From Vicugna vicugna (taxonomy: Eukaryota): a stretch of DNA of 64,000 nucleotides. The translations under genes were made by a program, and so were the position numbers. The stretch is taken from assembly GCA_013265495.1 (NCBI GenBank), contig MU058423.1, positions 5,624,745 through 5,688,744 on the forward strand, read 5' to 3'. The notes below the pieces were generated by a model. The model did not search any database and had not been told where the DNA came from. It saw only the letters and a program-made list of their open reading frames with translations. Positions 37,387 to 51,349 of the stretch are shown piece by piece; the first letter of the stretch is position 1; the number at the start of each line of letters is the position of its first letter.

Positions 37387-39499
37387 ACATATGTATAAAT
37401 ATTTGTAGTTGTGTGTCATTTGGTTAGGAAATATTTTGGTTATCACCTATTTTTTACTACTATTTCTAAAATATGACTGTACTCCAGTTTACTTGAAAAG
37501 ATCTAATATCTTTTCTAATATCTTATTTAAATACTAAACATGTATTTTAATTCACATTCTTTTTTAAACTTTCTGTTATTTAAACTTTCTAGTCTATTAT
37601 ACCAACTTTAATCTAAATATGCTGAATTTTATAATTTTAACAAGCTCATTCTTTATAGATAAATATGAAATATATATATATATTTTATTACTTGATCAAC
37701 TCATAATTTTATAAGTCTGCTTTATTATTGAAAAAGAAATTATGAAAAATATTAATCAAGATTAATCAACATCAATATTATCACTTTAAGGCCATTATCA
37801 TTTGAATTAAAAATAATAAACATAACTCAACTACTACAAGACTGAAAATTTGAAGATTTAATTTTGGCAGTTTTCTCAAATACATAAAGGGTTTGGATTA
37901 TTAGGGACAAATATAGTCAAAACTTCTCAAACTTTATTAAATATATGCATTAATATCATAACAGTTAATTCAATAAGATTATATTTCTCAAGAGAAATAA
38001 AAATCACATTTATGAAACCTAAATAAACTGTGATTTCTAATGGTCAAATTAAGAAAAATAAAGAGTTTTGAAATGTTTTTGTCATTGTCCTTAGACAAGA
38101 TCTGATGACTTCTGCTTGCTGCATTAATCTTTAGAGTAATTATAAAAGGATAAACCTGTATTGGTAATCTATATCTATCAGGGAACTTTGTTGATTCTAA
38201 CTGAACAGCAATGACCAAAAATAGATTTTCATTTCACTGAACTACAACCATTTTAATTAAATCACATGATTGAAAAAAGATTAAATACTAATTAAGTGTA
38301 AATTATGGATTATAAAGTCTCCCTTTTATTGAATTAACATCAGATCTTACCAGTATTCATGAAAAATATTCATTTGTTAATGATATTTGTTAATTTGTGA
38401 TCATAGGCAGTGTAAGGTTGTCAGTGATTGCTTACTAAAATAGTATTTCAGGAATACTTAGAGCCTCATCAGTATTTGGATATCACTTCTGAAATACTTT
38501 GCTAAGAGGAATTTAAAGATGAAATTCCACATTGTCATCCAGTGTAAAAAATATTTTTGTTGAAAGCTATCCTGTGATGGTCTTATGGGTTTCTAAAGGA
38601 CAAAACTGGAATTATTTTATTCTTAAATCTTCTTACTAACACATATAATCATTGAGACAATGCATCATATTTCCTAAACTTTTATAGAACAGAACTGTTC
38701 ACTTCCATCATCATGCTCTTAGCCTCAACCAAGTTCTCATCATTATCTTCGTGAATTTCAGCAAGTCTCCCACAAGTTTTCACTTTCAGAATTTTTTCTC
38801 TATAATTATTAATCTACTGTTCCTAACTGCTCTTTCTAAATTACAAATATGATCATGCTACGCTCACATTTAAATTATGTCCACAGCTCCTTATCCTAAA
38901 TTAAATCTGTGTGTACTTGTTATAAAAGGTCCTGAGTGATCTGAACCCTGCCTGTACCCCATTTCTATCTCCTGTTGTGATATATCATGCTTTGCAGTTG
39001 GTGAATGACTTTGTGCTTCCTGAACATAGGACATTTTTTAAGAAAACGTGTTTTGAGATGCAAAATACCTGCTAAATATTAGAAGATAAAGACTGTCTGG
39101 TAGACATTCATCAACTTTGCCAGTGGTTTTCCCTAAACAGCTCACACTTTCTTACACTATGGAGCATGTCATTCCTTGGACTGAAACATTTTTTGTCCAT
39201 ATCTTTCAGCATTTGTTCTTTACATGTTTTTCTACCTTGCAACCCAATTTTTCAAATAAATAGTGTGTTATGTTTCCATTGTGGGTTCAATGTCCCCAAA
39301 TAATTAAAGTATATTATCTAAATTTCTGTCTCTCTCCCTCTTTTCCTCTCACTGTCCCCTGACTCCCAGTCTCAGTATGTCTGTGTCTGTGTCCCTCTAA
39401 ATGTTTTTCTACATCAGTCTCCCTTGTCTACACTATATGACTAGAGCTAAAATGAGTTAAAGATCTAATTTAGATTATTAATGGTATTTAATCTATGCC

Positions 39500-41620
39500 T
39501 CAATACACTTCAGGTATCAGAGTTAATCAGACTGTAGTTTTATTTTTGATATGTCATTGATACATTTTGGATGCATATTCATGGTGATCTATTAAAATTT
39601 GGGGGGGATGTCACTTCCTTTTTTCTTCTCCAGAATGGCTTGTTCAAGATCATCACTTCTTTCTTGTGGAAATGATTTTAAAACATATTGGACTTCTTTA
39701 ATGTATATGTCTCCATTTAGATTTCCTATTTATTTGAGTTTTATATATTTTCTAGAGATTTTTCTATTCCATAGATAGAGTTTATAATATTTTCTTAGGA
39801 TCCTTTATAGCTTTTTAAATCTGTAGCAATGCCCACTTTCCATTTCTAATATAGACAATTTGTCTTCCTTTTCTAAATAGTCATTGTTAGGGTGTTATCA
39901 ATTTTATTAATCTCTTCAAAGAACCAACAGTTAACTTTGTTAATTATCTTGCATTTTAGAATTTTTTTCTGATTTCATTGACTTTTGCTTTCCTATTTTT
40001 TCTATTTTACATTCTTTGGTTTTTGTCTCATCTCACTCTTATTTTCCTAACTTATCAAGATCAAATTTAAATAATTAATTTTCACTTTCCTTTTTCTTTT
40101 CTAATGTGAATTCAAGACTATGTATTTATATATTGAGTTGGCCAAAGTTTCTCAGTTTTAATGTGTTGTTTATTACTACTTTTCAGCTCTAAAAAAACTT
40201 CTCATGTAATTTTGATTTACTTGATCAATGAATTAATTTTATAGAAGTGTTCTGGCTGGTCTTAGAAATGTACCCTTTTAAGTTACCTTTTTCTATATTA
40301 ATTTTATTGTTACAGACTATATTCCAGATAATTTAAATATTTTGAGATTTGTTGAGACTCCCTTATTTATTTCATGATATGTTCCACGTACACTTGAAAA
40401 AAAATAATAAAAGCTCTGTCACTGTTTGGTGCAATGTACAATCTTACAAGTTAGATGACATTTATTAATTTTATTATTCATGTTATTCCTGTCAGTAGAC
40501 TTTCTTTCTGCCTTTTTTATATTGAAAAAGCACGATTAGAATCTTGTATGTTGACAGTGGACATTTCTAGCATTCTTCTTGGTGCTGTTAATTTTGTTTT
40601 GTAACGTGAGGCTATGATACATACATTTAGGCTTGTAATATCTTTCTATTGCATTGACCCACTTTTAATTATGAAATACTATTTATCACTAAGTGTTTCT
40701 TGCTTCATAGTACAATTTGTTAGAATAGTCTCCTGATGTTAGTATAGTCCCCACATACAATTTTGGATAGGATTTTTAATAGCCTATTTTTTATCATTTT
40801 AATCAGTCTTTCTGTGTTCTGTATTTAAAATATGTTTTTAAGCCATATTTTAGCTTTTCTAAGAGTTCTGTCAATCTTAGCCTTTATCTGGAATATTTCT
40901 GCATTAATATTTAAATTAATTAATATATTTGTGTTTATATTTATTATTTCACTATTCATTTTATCATTGGTTCATCTAGTTTATATATTCTCTATTTTTC
41001 CATTTTTACCTACTTTCAATTAACAAAAGTTTAAAATTTTCAATAGTTTATTCTATTAACATACTCATTATAAAAATTTTACAACTTTTAATGGTTACCC
41101 TATAGATAAAAAAGCATTTTCCATACTTAATATATTTTTATTTTTAAAAAAAGATCATGTGTTTAGAACATGTTGTATGTATGTCTTATGTTCCCCTTTT
41201 CCCTAATTATTTCTTATTTTTAGTGCTTCACTTTGAATATCTTCTATGTTCTGTCTTACATGTAATTTAGCTCTTGAACAAATTTGTTCAAGATGCTGTA
41301 ACAACCATTAATCAAGATATAAATTTCAGATATTTTGTTTTTCTTTCTGGAGTGGTTGTTGAAAATTTTTTTAATGCGTTCTAATTTTCTGATAAAATTC
41401 TCTATCTCCTCATCTGATTTTTTTTCATTTCTGCCTGTATTTTCTTAGTCTTATAATCAAATTATTTGAAAGTTCCTTTTACTTAATCTAATTTTGAATC
41501 AACTATGGACCTGCTTTTATTTTTTTCTTCTCTTGATTATAAGTTGTATATCCTTACTTCCTTCCAAGTCTTATAGAAATATATAATATCTTTTCATATA
41601 TGAAATCTGGTGTATAAAAA
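39500..41620 (-). mobile_element. Decayed L1M ORF2/ORF1 region, antisense
   Basis: T-rich sequence with tatcaattttattaatctcttcaaagaaccaac, ttttgagatttgttgagact, atgttccacgtacacttgaaaa, cattgacccacttttaattatgaaata. Confidence 0.7.
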
Positions 41621-41959
41621 TAATTATATTCCAAATGGTATCATTAGGTAGTTAGATAAGTGGGGTCACTGGGCAGATAAGGTGGACAAGTTCCAGTCTC
41701 TGCCTTCACTGAGTTGACTGTAAGGGAAATGAAATAAGGAGACCATTTTCAGCAAAGGTAACAATATTTAAGATATGAGTAGGAGAATAATATAGAAATG
41801 ATAGATGGAAGATAAAAATGTGATTATTTATGTTTATTTTGAAAACAAACAAACCAAGATAAAGTCTTATATAGATATCAGATCGCTTAATATCTGAATA
41901 TGGGACACAATACAAAGTTTAATCCCCCAATTAATACTAGTTAATACTATTATCATAGC

Positions 41960-42170
41960 TATTAATAATAGCTAACACTTGCTAGAGTCTGTTCTAAGAG
42001 ACTTACATGTTTTAGTCAGTATTTCTCACAATAATCAAATGAGATTTACACTACTATTATCTCTATTTCGTAAGGGAGGACATTGAAGTTCAGAGATATT
42101 AGACAACATCCTCCAATAAAGAAGCTCGTAGTGAAAGTGAGTTGTACTCTGTCAATTTGGGTCAAGATCA
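41960..42170 (-). mobile_element. MIR SINE remnant
   Basis: aataatagctaacacttg...tgttctaagagacttacatg...ctcacaataatc...tactattatctctatttcgtaagggaggacattgaagttcagaga (antisense MIR core). Confidence 0.7.
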
Positions 42171-43347
42171 TACGTGATCCAAAAAAAAAGATTATATGTG
42201 CTTAATCGTTCACTTGTAGCAAAAACAGTAGATGTGTTACACTGGTGCGCTGAATATTTTTGTTAAACATGCATTGAAGGCATGATTTAATAAAGTCAAT
42301 TGTTTGACAAAATCTGATTCTATTTGATTAACCTATCCTAAAATATAACACATCCTGCCTTTTTATCAAGAGGTATCTCACAAATAACTCGGTCAAAATT
42401 AGATGAAACATTCTCAGATTGCATGATAACATTTAAATTACTATTTTTTTTCTAATTAGACAACTTTCTTTAGTCTTTAAAAAAAGATTGAATTCTAAAA
42501 TCTCCCTAAACATTCTCTGTGTGTGCATCAGTCTTGCAATTTATTCAATTCATAATTCAACATCTATTGGTAATTTGTACTTTGGAAAAATGATTAGAAG
42601 GTGGTGGACATTATCCTGATCCCTATGGAACTGAAAATCAAAAAAGCATAACTTCCTTCAGAAAGGTGTAAAAGAAAAGGCTCTAGGGAAATTTTGCAGT
42701 AGCTAATTAATTCAGTCTGCCACAATAATGTTGCAACATTTACATTATAGGGCTTCTTTCTGAAAATTAGATGTTAGTTTTGAAGTGTTAATATATTAAA
42801 ATGCATGCAAATTATCTCAAATAGTCACTAACTAGTATGGATTTCATTTCCTTACAACAGTTATAGGTTTTAGAGAATCAAATATGCAAACATTGCGTGA
42901 TCTAAGAAAAAAATTCTTAGGCATGATTAATTGCCATATTCTTTTATCTGGAAGAATCTAGATGAAACTAATTTCATTAAGATTATTTGTACTCATTTAA
43001 ATTGGTGAACTGATGTACTGAAATTTAAGTGGGCTAAAGCATAGCAAAGTGTTTAGTGAGACCAAAGTGTTTGTTACAGTTATTCAGGATAAAACAATCA
43101 CCTTTAAAAGTGTGCCACTAATCAAAGAATGGAGGATGCCTCCAGAGCATTCATCACCGTGTGCTGCTAAATTTATGTATAACATTTCATCTAAAATGGC
43201 AATTGATAAAACAATGGAAATATTGGACACTTTTAATATAGTATTATTTTAAGATTTGGCAGCAGTGTGATGTGGAAGAGAAAGCCCTGATTATAGAGTT
43301 AAATAAAACTGACTTCAAATCCTGCTTCTTCCTCAGTGTGTAACAGG

Positions 43348-43802
43348 TGTGAACGAAAAATATTGCAAACCATATCAGTAAACAAAGAATGCAGAAACCA
43401 TCAAGTCATCAGCGGCTGCCGCCACCCCCTAGTGAAGACAAGCCTGCAGCCCAGCCTCTGCAGCCCCTCACAATGGTGCACTCTGAGGGGACTCAGAATA
43501 AGAAAGGACAGGATACTGACCCTAGATAGCTAGATGCTTGTCAAAGGAATGAATTCAATGAGCCCAAATGTTTGCTCCCTCCCATGCATACAAAAGCACT
43601 ACATTCTTTAACTTGAGATGCCTGGTTTTCTTTAGTTAACAACCTGGTCTTTGTTGTAAAGCTACTACACATCCTAGCTCCTCCCCCACCTCTTTGGGGC
43701 AGTCCCTCAGAGCCATCTGAGACGCTGTTATCCTGGCTCAAGTCCTCCCACCAAATAAAACATAACTCTTAACTTTAGGTCGTGCATTTATTTCAGTTGA
43801 CA
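43348..43802 (+). mobile_element. ERV1-class solo LTR (artiodactyl MER4/MER41-like group; family uncertain)
   Basis: Starts TGtgaacgaaaaatattgc and ends ttcagttgaCA. Perfect 4-bp TSD cagg at 43344-43347 and 43803-43806. AATAAA at ~43754. 455 bp long and inserted next to a MIR 5' fragment (~43258-43340). Confidence 0.88.
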
Positions 43803-46229
43803 CAGGAAAGGGAAAAGTAACAGTCATCTCCATCTTATTGATCACTTACGGTCACATACTGATCACTGTGTTCTAGATGTTGTCCTAAGTACTTTGCATA
43901 TAATTTATATATTAAAGAAAGAGGAATTCTAATAATCGTCTTGCAAAATTTGGGAAAACAAATCCCACTTTAAGGTGAAAAGGCTGTATAATGGGAATCC
44001 AACCAGAAAGTAAGCGAATACTAGTTTTTGTTTGTTTGTTTTAATATAGTTCAGTGTATCCTGAATTAGACTCAAAGATATGTGTGTACTACTGTGAAAA
44101 ATGTCCTTTTCTGAATTTCCATTGCTTCATTTCTCTTTTTATGTAGATGCAGCTGGGGATCAATAGAAATGTGTTTAGAAGGCAGCAAATGCCAAAATTA
44201 TGTAGATATAGCTACATTCTCATTGTTTTAAAAGTTCAGAAATTATTCTCTTTCTTGGCATTCCTGAAAGCAATTCCTTTGGGATAATCAGACTTGATCT
44301 TTCTAAAGTTTTTCTTCAAAGATTAGTTTTAATGGAAATATTGACTAATACAGAGTTCCGAAAAACAGTGCATATAAATGACATTAAAATCTTTGGCTGA
44401 AACAGGGGAACACCTCAAAGTCATGATTGCTTCTCTATGTTAGAGGAATCCACCGTGTGTGAGGTGCATACAGAAAGGATGATTCCAGAACAGTTGACAG
44501 AAATCTCTTAGTTACATATTTCTTAATGGTAGAAATTATCTATAATGTGAGTTGCTTAGATGTCAGATATTGGTCTACGCATGTGACCTAATTGTTAATG
44601 TTAGACATAAGAAATTTGAAAAATGTTTCTAAGAATAGAGTTTGTGAATACAGGTTTCATTTTGAATGAAAAAATATGATAAGGAAAATAAAAGAGGATA
44701 AGGGGCCCTGAGTCATTAGCGTAATCTGAGCTAGACGGGTGTTTGGAGTTTGTTCACATCACTGAGCAATTTGATACAAGGGAACCTAGAAGACATTCCT
44801 ACACGTGCAAAAATTAAGTATATTAGAATATTAAGTTGTACAGAATATGAAGTTATTAATGTGAAAGCAAAGCTTCTGGTTTTTTCATAACAGGCTTTAA
44901 GAGCAAACTATGAGCACTAGGTAGCAAGAAACTGTCTATGTGCAAAACAGAGAATAATAAATGATGTGAGGGGGACGGTGGAATGAAGATATGCCTCCCT
45001 CCTCACATATCAACAACACAATGACAACAACAAACAACAAACAAAGACATAAAGCCTTAGTCTGGGAATGTGTTTAGGCATACTACTTGTACAATAAATT
45101 AACTAAGAGCCATCGTACTAGCATTGAAACAGACTTATTAAAGGATCCAAATTTCATAAATACATTAGAAAAATAACCAATATAATTGTGGAGGCAAATG
45201 CTCACACTCTCACTAACCAGACTTGCAGTATAGGAGTGACAAGAGCAAGGAGACTTATTAGGAGGTAGAAACATTTAGTTCCTATGTGGATTGTTATCCC
45301 AATTATTATTTCTGTGTTTTTAAATTTTTGTTTATATGGAAAATAATCCATGATCAGAGCTCTAGGATTTCCACAAATATATCATAAGCATATTTCCTCA
45401 AACAACACTAAGAAATTTCACATTCCACTGTTGCAGGATTTTGTGATCTGATGCTAGTAAGTAAGAAACAAACCCTTCTTATTAGTACAATAAGGAGTTT
45501 ATTGTCACCGATAACTGCAGTTTCCTTAAGACAACATATTGTAATTCTCTTGTGATTACACAGTTAACATGGAAACAAATTAAGTAGACATGGCATGCTT
45601 TACTACATGAAAATTAATTCTCTTGCACTAGAGTTAAAATAATCTGTTTTTATGGCTAGATATTTATCAATTATACTTATTTGCTTTTATTTTAAAAAAT
45701 GAAACTCCTAACATGTAGGAATAAGTGTAAGAAGAGTAGTTACTGAGCTGAAATATCTGTCATTAATTAATATTTTTCTAGGTCCATATAATATGATGGA
45801 AATTATAGATATTTATGTAAATATTCCTTTTGAAACTATCAAGATATCATTTTACAATTTTGAAATTAATATAATGGTTATTTTCACATTCTTTATGAGA
45901 ACTCTTCAGTGATATATTTACACACAGCACTTCAACAATTCACTTACATGATTACATGCTGAAGTTTCTAATTACAAATAATTTCACTTTGTCTAAAATC
46001 TTGATTTTATTTTAAGCATCAACTCAGGAAGGTTACCATCTTCTAACTTTTCATTTATTTTATGTGGAAGATATACTTGACAACCTTCCCTAGATTCTTT
46101 ACCTGATTAGAATCTTCTAAATTGTACATGTATACTTCTGCTTTTTCTCTGTTGATTACCCCTGCTATAATCTCATTACCTACTTTATTCTTAGATATTT
46201 TAGTTCATCATTATTTTCACCCTTTTATC

Positions 46230-47200
46230 CTCAACTTTCTTATGTATTTTATTTACTGAGTCAAAAAAAAAAAGCTCCACATCTGACTTAATTCATTTAT
46301 TTTTATTACACAAAGTCTGAATTCTGGAAACTGAATACAATTGGAATAAAATCAAACCATATTAATTGGTTTTACTTTAAATTTATGACCACATATTTCA
46401 TGGGACCCTCTGCTGAAATCTCACTTCAATTTTCTGAATCATCTTAATTTTTCAGTCTCTGAAATGAATATTTTACAGTTTGTCCACTGTACTCAAACCT
46501 CCATGTAGTCATCCTACTTCCATATTTTCATAACATCTTAATTTATTATTTCCTAACTAAAATAGAAGCAATTGTACAATAACTATCTGATCTTATGGTC
46601 TTCAAACTACAAACTTATTGGTATCAATATTTATAGAATATTACGTTTCTTTCTATTAAATAGATAAACTCCCTTGCCTCCTTTCTAAGGTCAAATTTTA
46701 CACTCGTTCACTAAATCTCAGTATCAACTATCACAGACTTCATTCTAGAAATTATTTCACTATTTCACATAATACACAATGTTCCTTCCCTTCTCTGTTT
46801 GTCATCAGCATAGAAACGTATTCTAATATGTTACTGTCACATCAAAAAAAAAAAATCCTGTAAGACTGTCTCCCTCAGCTACTATTCTATCCCTCTGCTC
46901 TTTATAAGCAATCAATACAAAGTACTGTCAATAATCACTACTCCATTTTCTTATACCAAATTCTCTTAATCCCTTCGGATAAGACTCATAGTAATGTTTT
47001 GTTCATATCTGTAGTGACGTCCTTCTTCTTAAATAAATGAATTATTTCTCTTTTTCCTCTATCTCTCAGCAGCATGTGATCCAAGTGACACTTCCTCCAC
47101 CTTGGGAAGCGTTATTCCCATGGATGATACAGAACTACAATCTTCTATATTTCTGTTACTTCATTGGTGGCTTTTTCACAATCTATCAGATTTTTATCTG
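46230..47200 (+). mobile_element. LINE-2 ORF remnant
   Basis: ctggaaactgaatacaattggaataaaatcaaaccatattaattggttttactttaaatttatgaccac...tatttcctaactaaaatagaagcaat...ctctcagcagcatgtgatccaagtgacacttcctccaccttggga. Confidence 0.65.
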
Positions 47201-47253
47201 ACTTCTTGTTTTTCACTGCCAAACTGGATTCTCAGACTTTGTTCTTGCCTCCA

Positions 47254-47836
47254 TGTATCAGGTTTCCCCAAGACCACCCTCAGGTGCAATGAGTCTCTAG
47301 AATGATTCACAAAACTCAGAAAAGCTATTATACTCATGATTATGGTTTCTTCCAACAAAAGGATATAGTTTAAGAGCAGCAAAGACCAAAGGCACATAGG
47401 GTGGGGTCCAAGCACAAGCTTGTGGATGTCTATTTCAAGCGAAGTCCTCCAGCTAGTGCTTCATTCTCCCTGCAACTGTGTCTGATAATATGTATGCATG
47501 TGGCTCACCAGTGAAAAGCTCACCTGAGCCTTTGTGTCCCAGATTTTTATCAGGGGATAATCATGCAGGCATGGAGTGCTGGTGTTACTGCTTAGTACTT
47601 GGTCTCCAGCTTCTCCAGAGTTCAAACTGATACAGCATGACCCAAGGCTGCCATAAAGGACAGCAAATCTGTCTGACATGGCTCAGAGCCCCGCATGTAC
47701 AAAGACACTCTTATCATGCAAGAGATTCCAAGTGCTTAGAGGCTAAATCCCAGGAGCTGGCCAAAGGCCAGTTTCTCCTTTGAGATGTGTAGGGTTTGAA
47801 CATACCAAGCCTGCTAAGTTAACTCTTGGCTGCACA
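47254..47836 (-). mobile_element. MER21-like solo LTR, antisense
   Basis: tgtatcaggtttccccaagaccaccctcagg...aactcagaaaagctattatactcatgattatggttt...aaagacactcttatcatgcaagagattccaagtgcttagagg...aagcctgctaagttaactcttggctgcaca. Confidence 0.85.
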
Positions 47837-48036
47837 CCCTCTTTTCCAACTACACCCTCCTTCTTGCTCACCCCATACAACTCCATGGCTTAAAAAGTAT
47901 GTATATGCTAAGTAACAACAAACTCCACACCAGACATCTCTGCTAAACTCCAGACAGACATTTAGATTTTTAATTATTAAAGATTTAAAGATTGCCTCTA
48001 ATTTTTCTCCAATTTTCCAGTTCCAGTATGCAAAAT

Positions 48037-48452
48037 CTTGCTACAGCCTTGTTATTGATACAATATAGCTCTCCACTTCTTGACTTTAGGCTTGACCTAT
48101 GTGTCTTCCTTTGGTTAATGCGATGGCATGAAAGCGATGGTGTGCCTGTTCTGAACCTAGGCCTTATTCCCCCTGTACCTTTTTTATTTCCCCTAAGGAA
48201 CATGTTTTGGAACAATCTCCTGGTACCAGACACAAGAAGCAACGCTGTGTCTTTAGCCCACAGGTTGACAGTGAAAATCAGAGTCACATCAGAGTCTGCT
48301 GTCTGAAGCAGTATCTCTTGGCCTAGCCTAGCTTACATCACTGAACCCAAGCACATCCAGTAGTCCACAAGATACAGAGTTAGTGTATTAAGCCTCTGAG
48401 CTTTGAAATAGTTTGTTTCTCAGAATTATTGTGAAAATAGTTGACAAATACA
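48037..48452 (+). mobile_element. MaLR LTR (MLT1H/G-like)
   Basis: ctccacttcttgactttaggcttgacctatgtgtcttcctttggttaatgcgatg...gtgcctgttctgaacctaggcctta...taagcctctgagctttgaaatagtttgtttctcagaattattgtgaaaatagttgacaaataca. Confidence 0.75.
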
Positions 48453-48569
48453 CTATGTATTATCTCTCCAAAAAAGTTAATATGAAACTAGCAAGCAGTT
48501 TTATGGACATCAAAAAGGTCAGTGCTATTTTGATGCCAAGAATAAGCAGCTTCTTAATTCTCCAGTTAC

Positions 48570-48705
48570 TGAAAATTCCTTATCTATAAATTGAGACAAT
48601 AGTAAAACCTACCTCGGATGTTTTGAGAGAATTATGTATTAATTTCCATAAAGTTTATGGTATATTGTCTATCATTCATAATGACAAATATATTAGTTAT
48701 ATTGA
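48570..48705 (+). mobile_element. MIR SINE remnant
   Basis: ttccttatctataaattgagacaatagtaaaacctacctcggatgttttgagagaatta (MIR core). Confidence 0.65.
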
Positions 48706-49544
48706 AACCATTTTTGCTAATGCTTTGTAATCTCAAATTAAATTTTAGTTTATCTCTGATTTAGAGTAGAATTTCAGATTCCTTTCTTCAACCTCTTCAT
48801 CTTCAATAAAATGTGTAAAAAACCTACTAATATGAACACTTCAGTAAATATGGCCATGATAGACTCAATTTATCAAGCCAAAAACTTAGAAGTCTTTGAT
48901 TGCTTTCTTACCATCAATGGTAACACATCTTTAGTCCAAGACAACTTCATCCATTAGCAGGTATATTTCAATAGCTTTCAAACAAATCTCTCTAAATTCT
49001 CCTCTCCTCCACTGCAGTGCCTCCACTTCAGTATTCAGTGTCACCTCCAAACATTATCAGTAAAAAAAAAATCACAACTATACACAAAATCATCTAGCAG
49101 CCCTCCTTATTCACAATGACATCTAAGATCTTTACATAAAATTCTAAGCTCTAGGTAATTTGGATTCTCTTTACTCTCATTCTAAAGAGAAATAGATGAG
49201 ATAGATGTTAAACATGTAAATAATTGCATATTTTAAAATAAAGGCAGGTAGTGATAAATGTACAAGATAAAGCAATAGGACCCACGTAGTGGAGATGAAG
49301 AGCTATTTAGACAGAATGGGCAAGGAAGATCTTCCTCAAAACTTGCTGATTGACAGAATATTCAAATAATATGAAGAACAAGAAAGAAACTAGAAAATAT
49401 TAATGCCTAAAGTCACAGTAACATTGGCCGAGGGAAAGCAGGATAACCTGGAGCTGTAATAGGTAGAATAACCTATAGTTACAGTGAGGGATCAGGGGAG
49501 TGATCGGGGATTATGTGAAAGGCGATCAGGCTAAATTATACCCT

Positions 49545-49930
49545 GGTGGGTTAAATCCAACTTTCTATCCATTTCATGCCTGCCACCTTGCAACTGCAGT
49601 ATCAGGAAAAAATCCACAGCAATGCTGACTGTCTCACTTCAAAGTCATTATCATTAACCTTGAATGTGTCCCAAATGCTATCTGCCAATCTCACACTATT
49701 GTCCTAGCCCATTCACTTTTTCACCCTCTTGGTCATTAATTTCATGGCTTTTTATTTCTTGTCAAATTCGCAGCACCTCCTTCCCTATTCTAACTCTCAG
49801 CTCCTGACCTTGCTTTCTGTTTCACTGTGAAAAGAAAAGAAAATAGGACTTCCATAAGTCCTATTGCTGCGTCTACTGAAACACTTACGTCTGTACTTAT
49901 AGTCTTTGTAGTCTCTCCTGTGAGGATGGA
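49545..49930 (+). mobile_element. LINE-2 ORF remnant
   Basis: ttaaatccaactttc...gaaaaaatccacagcaatgctgactgtctcacttcaaagtcattatcattaacc...ctcagctcctgaccttgctttctgtttcactgtgaaaag. Same L2 region as 46270-46570. Confidence 0.7.
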
Positions 49931-50949
49931 AGATCCTTTGTTGATTCATGATAAATCTTTGTTTAATTAATTGATTAATGAAATTTAAAAATATTAATGA
50001 AGGAACGAATCCCTGGACTGTACCATACTTTATTCTAAGCAGTGGAAATATAATAAAAAAACAAATCATATGCAGTTTTGTCTCTTTCTAACATTGGAAT
50101 ATATTAAACATAAGTACATGAATCTTCATCTTCTTAAGCACTGGTTGACACCATCAATGCTTTTTCACAAACAACATGAACAACAGTCACATAAAATTAA
50201 AAATACTTCCACCACGACGTGCTATTTATTATTCACAGTTACGAAGACACTACCCTGCATAAAATTTGTGCTCGTAGTATAAGTATTTATTAAGTATTAA
50301 ACCACAATCTATATTCATTTCTCTGATATGTGTATGGTAACACGAATGCATCAACCCTAAATAAAAATCATTCGGTACTGATGCCTTCTCCAGATTTCCC
50401 AAATTCCATGCCAGTAATGGAAGCACTAAAACTGAGACTAACATGTAATATAATTTTGACATCATCATCCATTTCATTTTGCAAGTTTGCTCTTTCACAG
50501 ACATTCATGATGTTAATGCATTTTTTATCGCTGTGTATGTCTTAGTCGTGTTGAATTCTGAATAGGACCTGAAACTATATATCACATGTTTGCCCAGAAG
50601 CGAAAAAAAAGTTTGAGTTAATGATAAATATCATTATCAGTCATCTGAAAACTATTCAAAAATACTCCATTTTCATTCCCTATAACTTTTATGGGTGCAA
50701 AACAGTAAGAGATTCTAAATTTACACAATTTTTTTAATGACTCTATTGTGAAATGTAAAGGTAGAAAAGAAAAAACAGTATTAGACATACACCAGTAGAT
50801 CTGTACTTTCCCACTTTTAAAGTGATAACAATAGTACAGACTTAGATAAAGACTTTCTCTTGAAATATTTTGACTTCGCTCTTGATTATCTTGTTGGACA
50901 TAAATATGTACAGGTGAATATGTTCTTTAATATAAATAAGTCAGGTAAA

Positions 50950-51135
50950 ATGTAGCATAATGAAGGTCACACTTTCAGAGGAAGCTCTGATTTGAATTCT
51001 CCTTCCTCTTTGTACTCCTGGGTACTTGGGCACATCACTTAACCTTCTGGAATTTGGTTGCCTCATCAATTAAAATGGCAGACTTAACATTAGTGTAATA
51101 TTTACAATATGCCCTTGAGGCTCTGTTCTAGAAAT
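50950..51135 (+). mobile_element. MIR SINE remnant
   Basis: tttgaattctccttcctc...acttgggcacatcacttaaccttctggaatttggttgcctcatcaattaaaatgg. Confidence 0.65.
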
Positions 51136-51349
51136 TTAACAGACATTATATCATTTCACTTGCTAACACACTGGTGTGGTATTTAATAGTGTCCCTTTTA
51201 ATAGAAAAAGAAATCAAGGGAGTTTCTAAAAGGTAAAGCTGTTGGTGGATAGGCGGGTATGGAGCTATGGATTTAGCTGTTATTGAGTGTATGTGCCACA
51301 TTCTGAAATGTATATATGTGTACACATAAATGTACATATGCTTCTCTTT

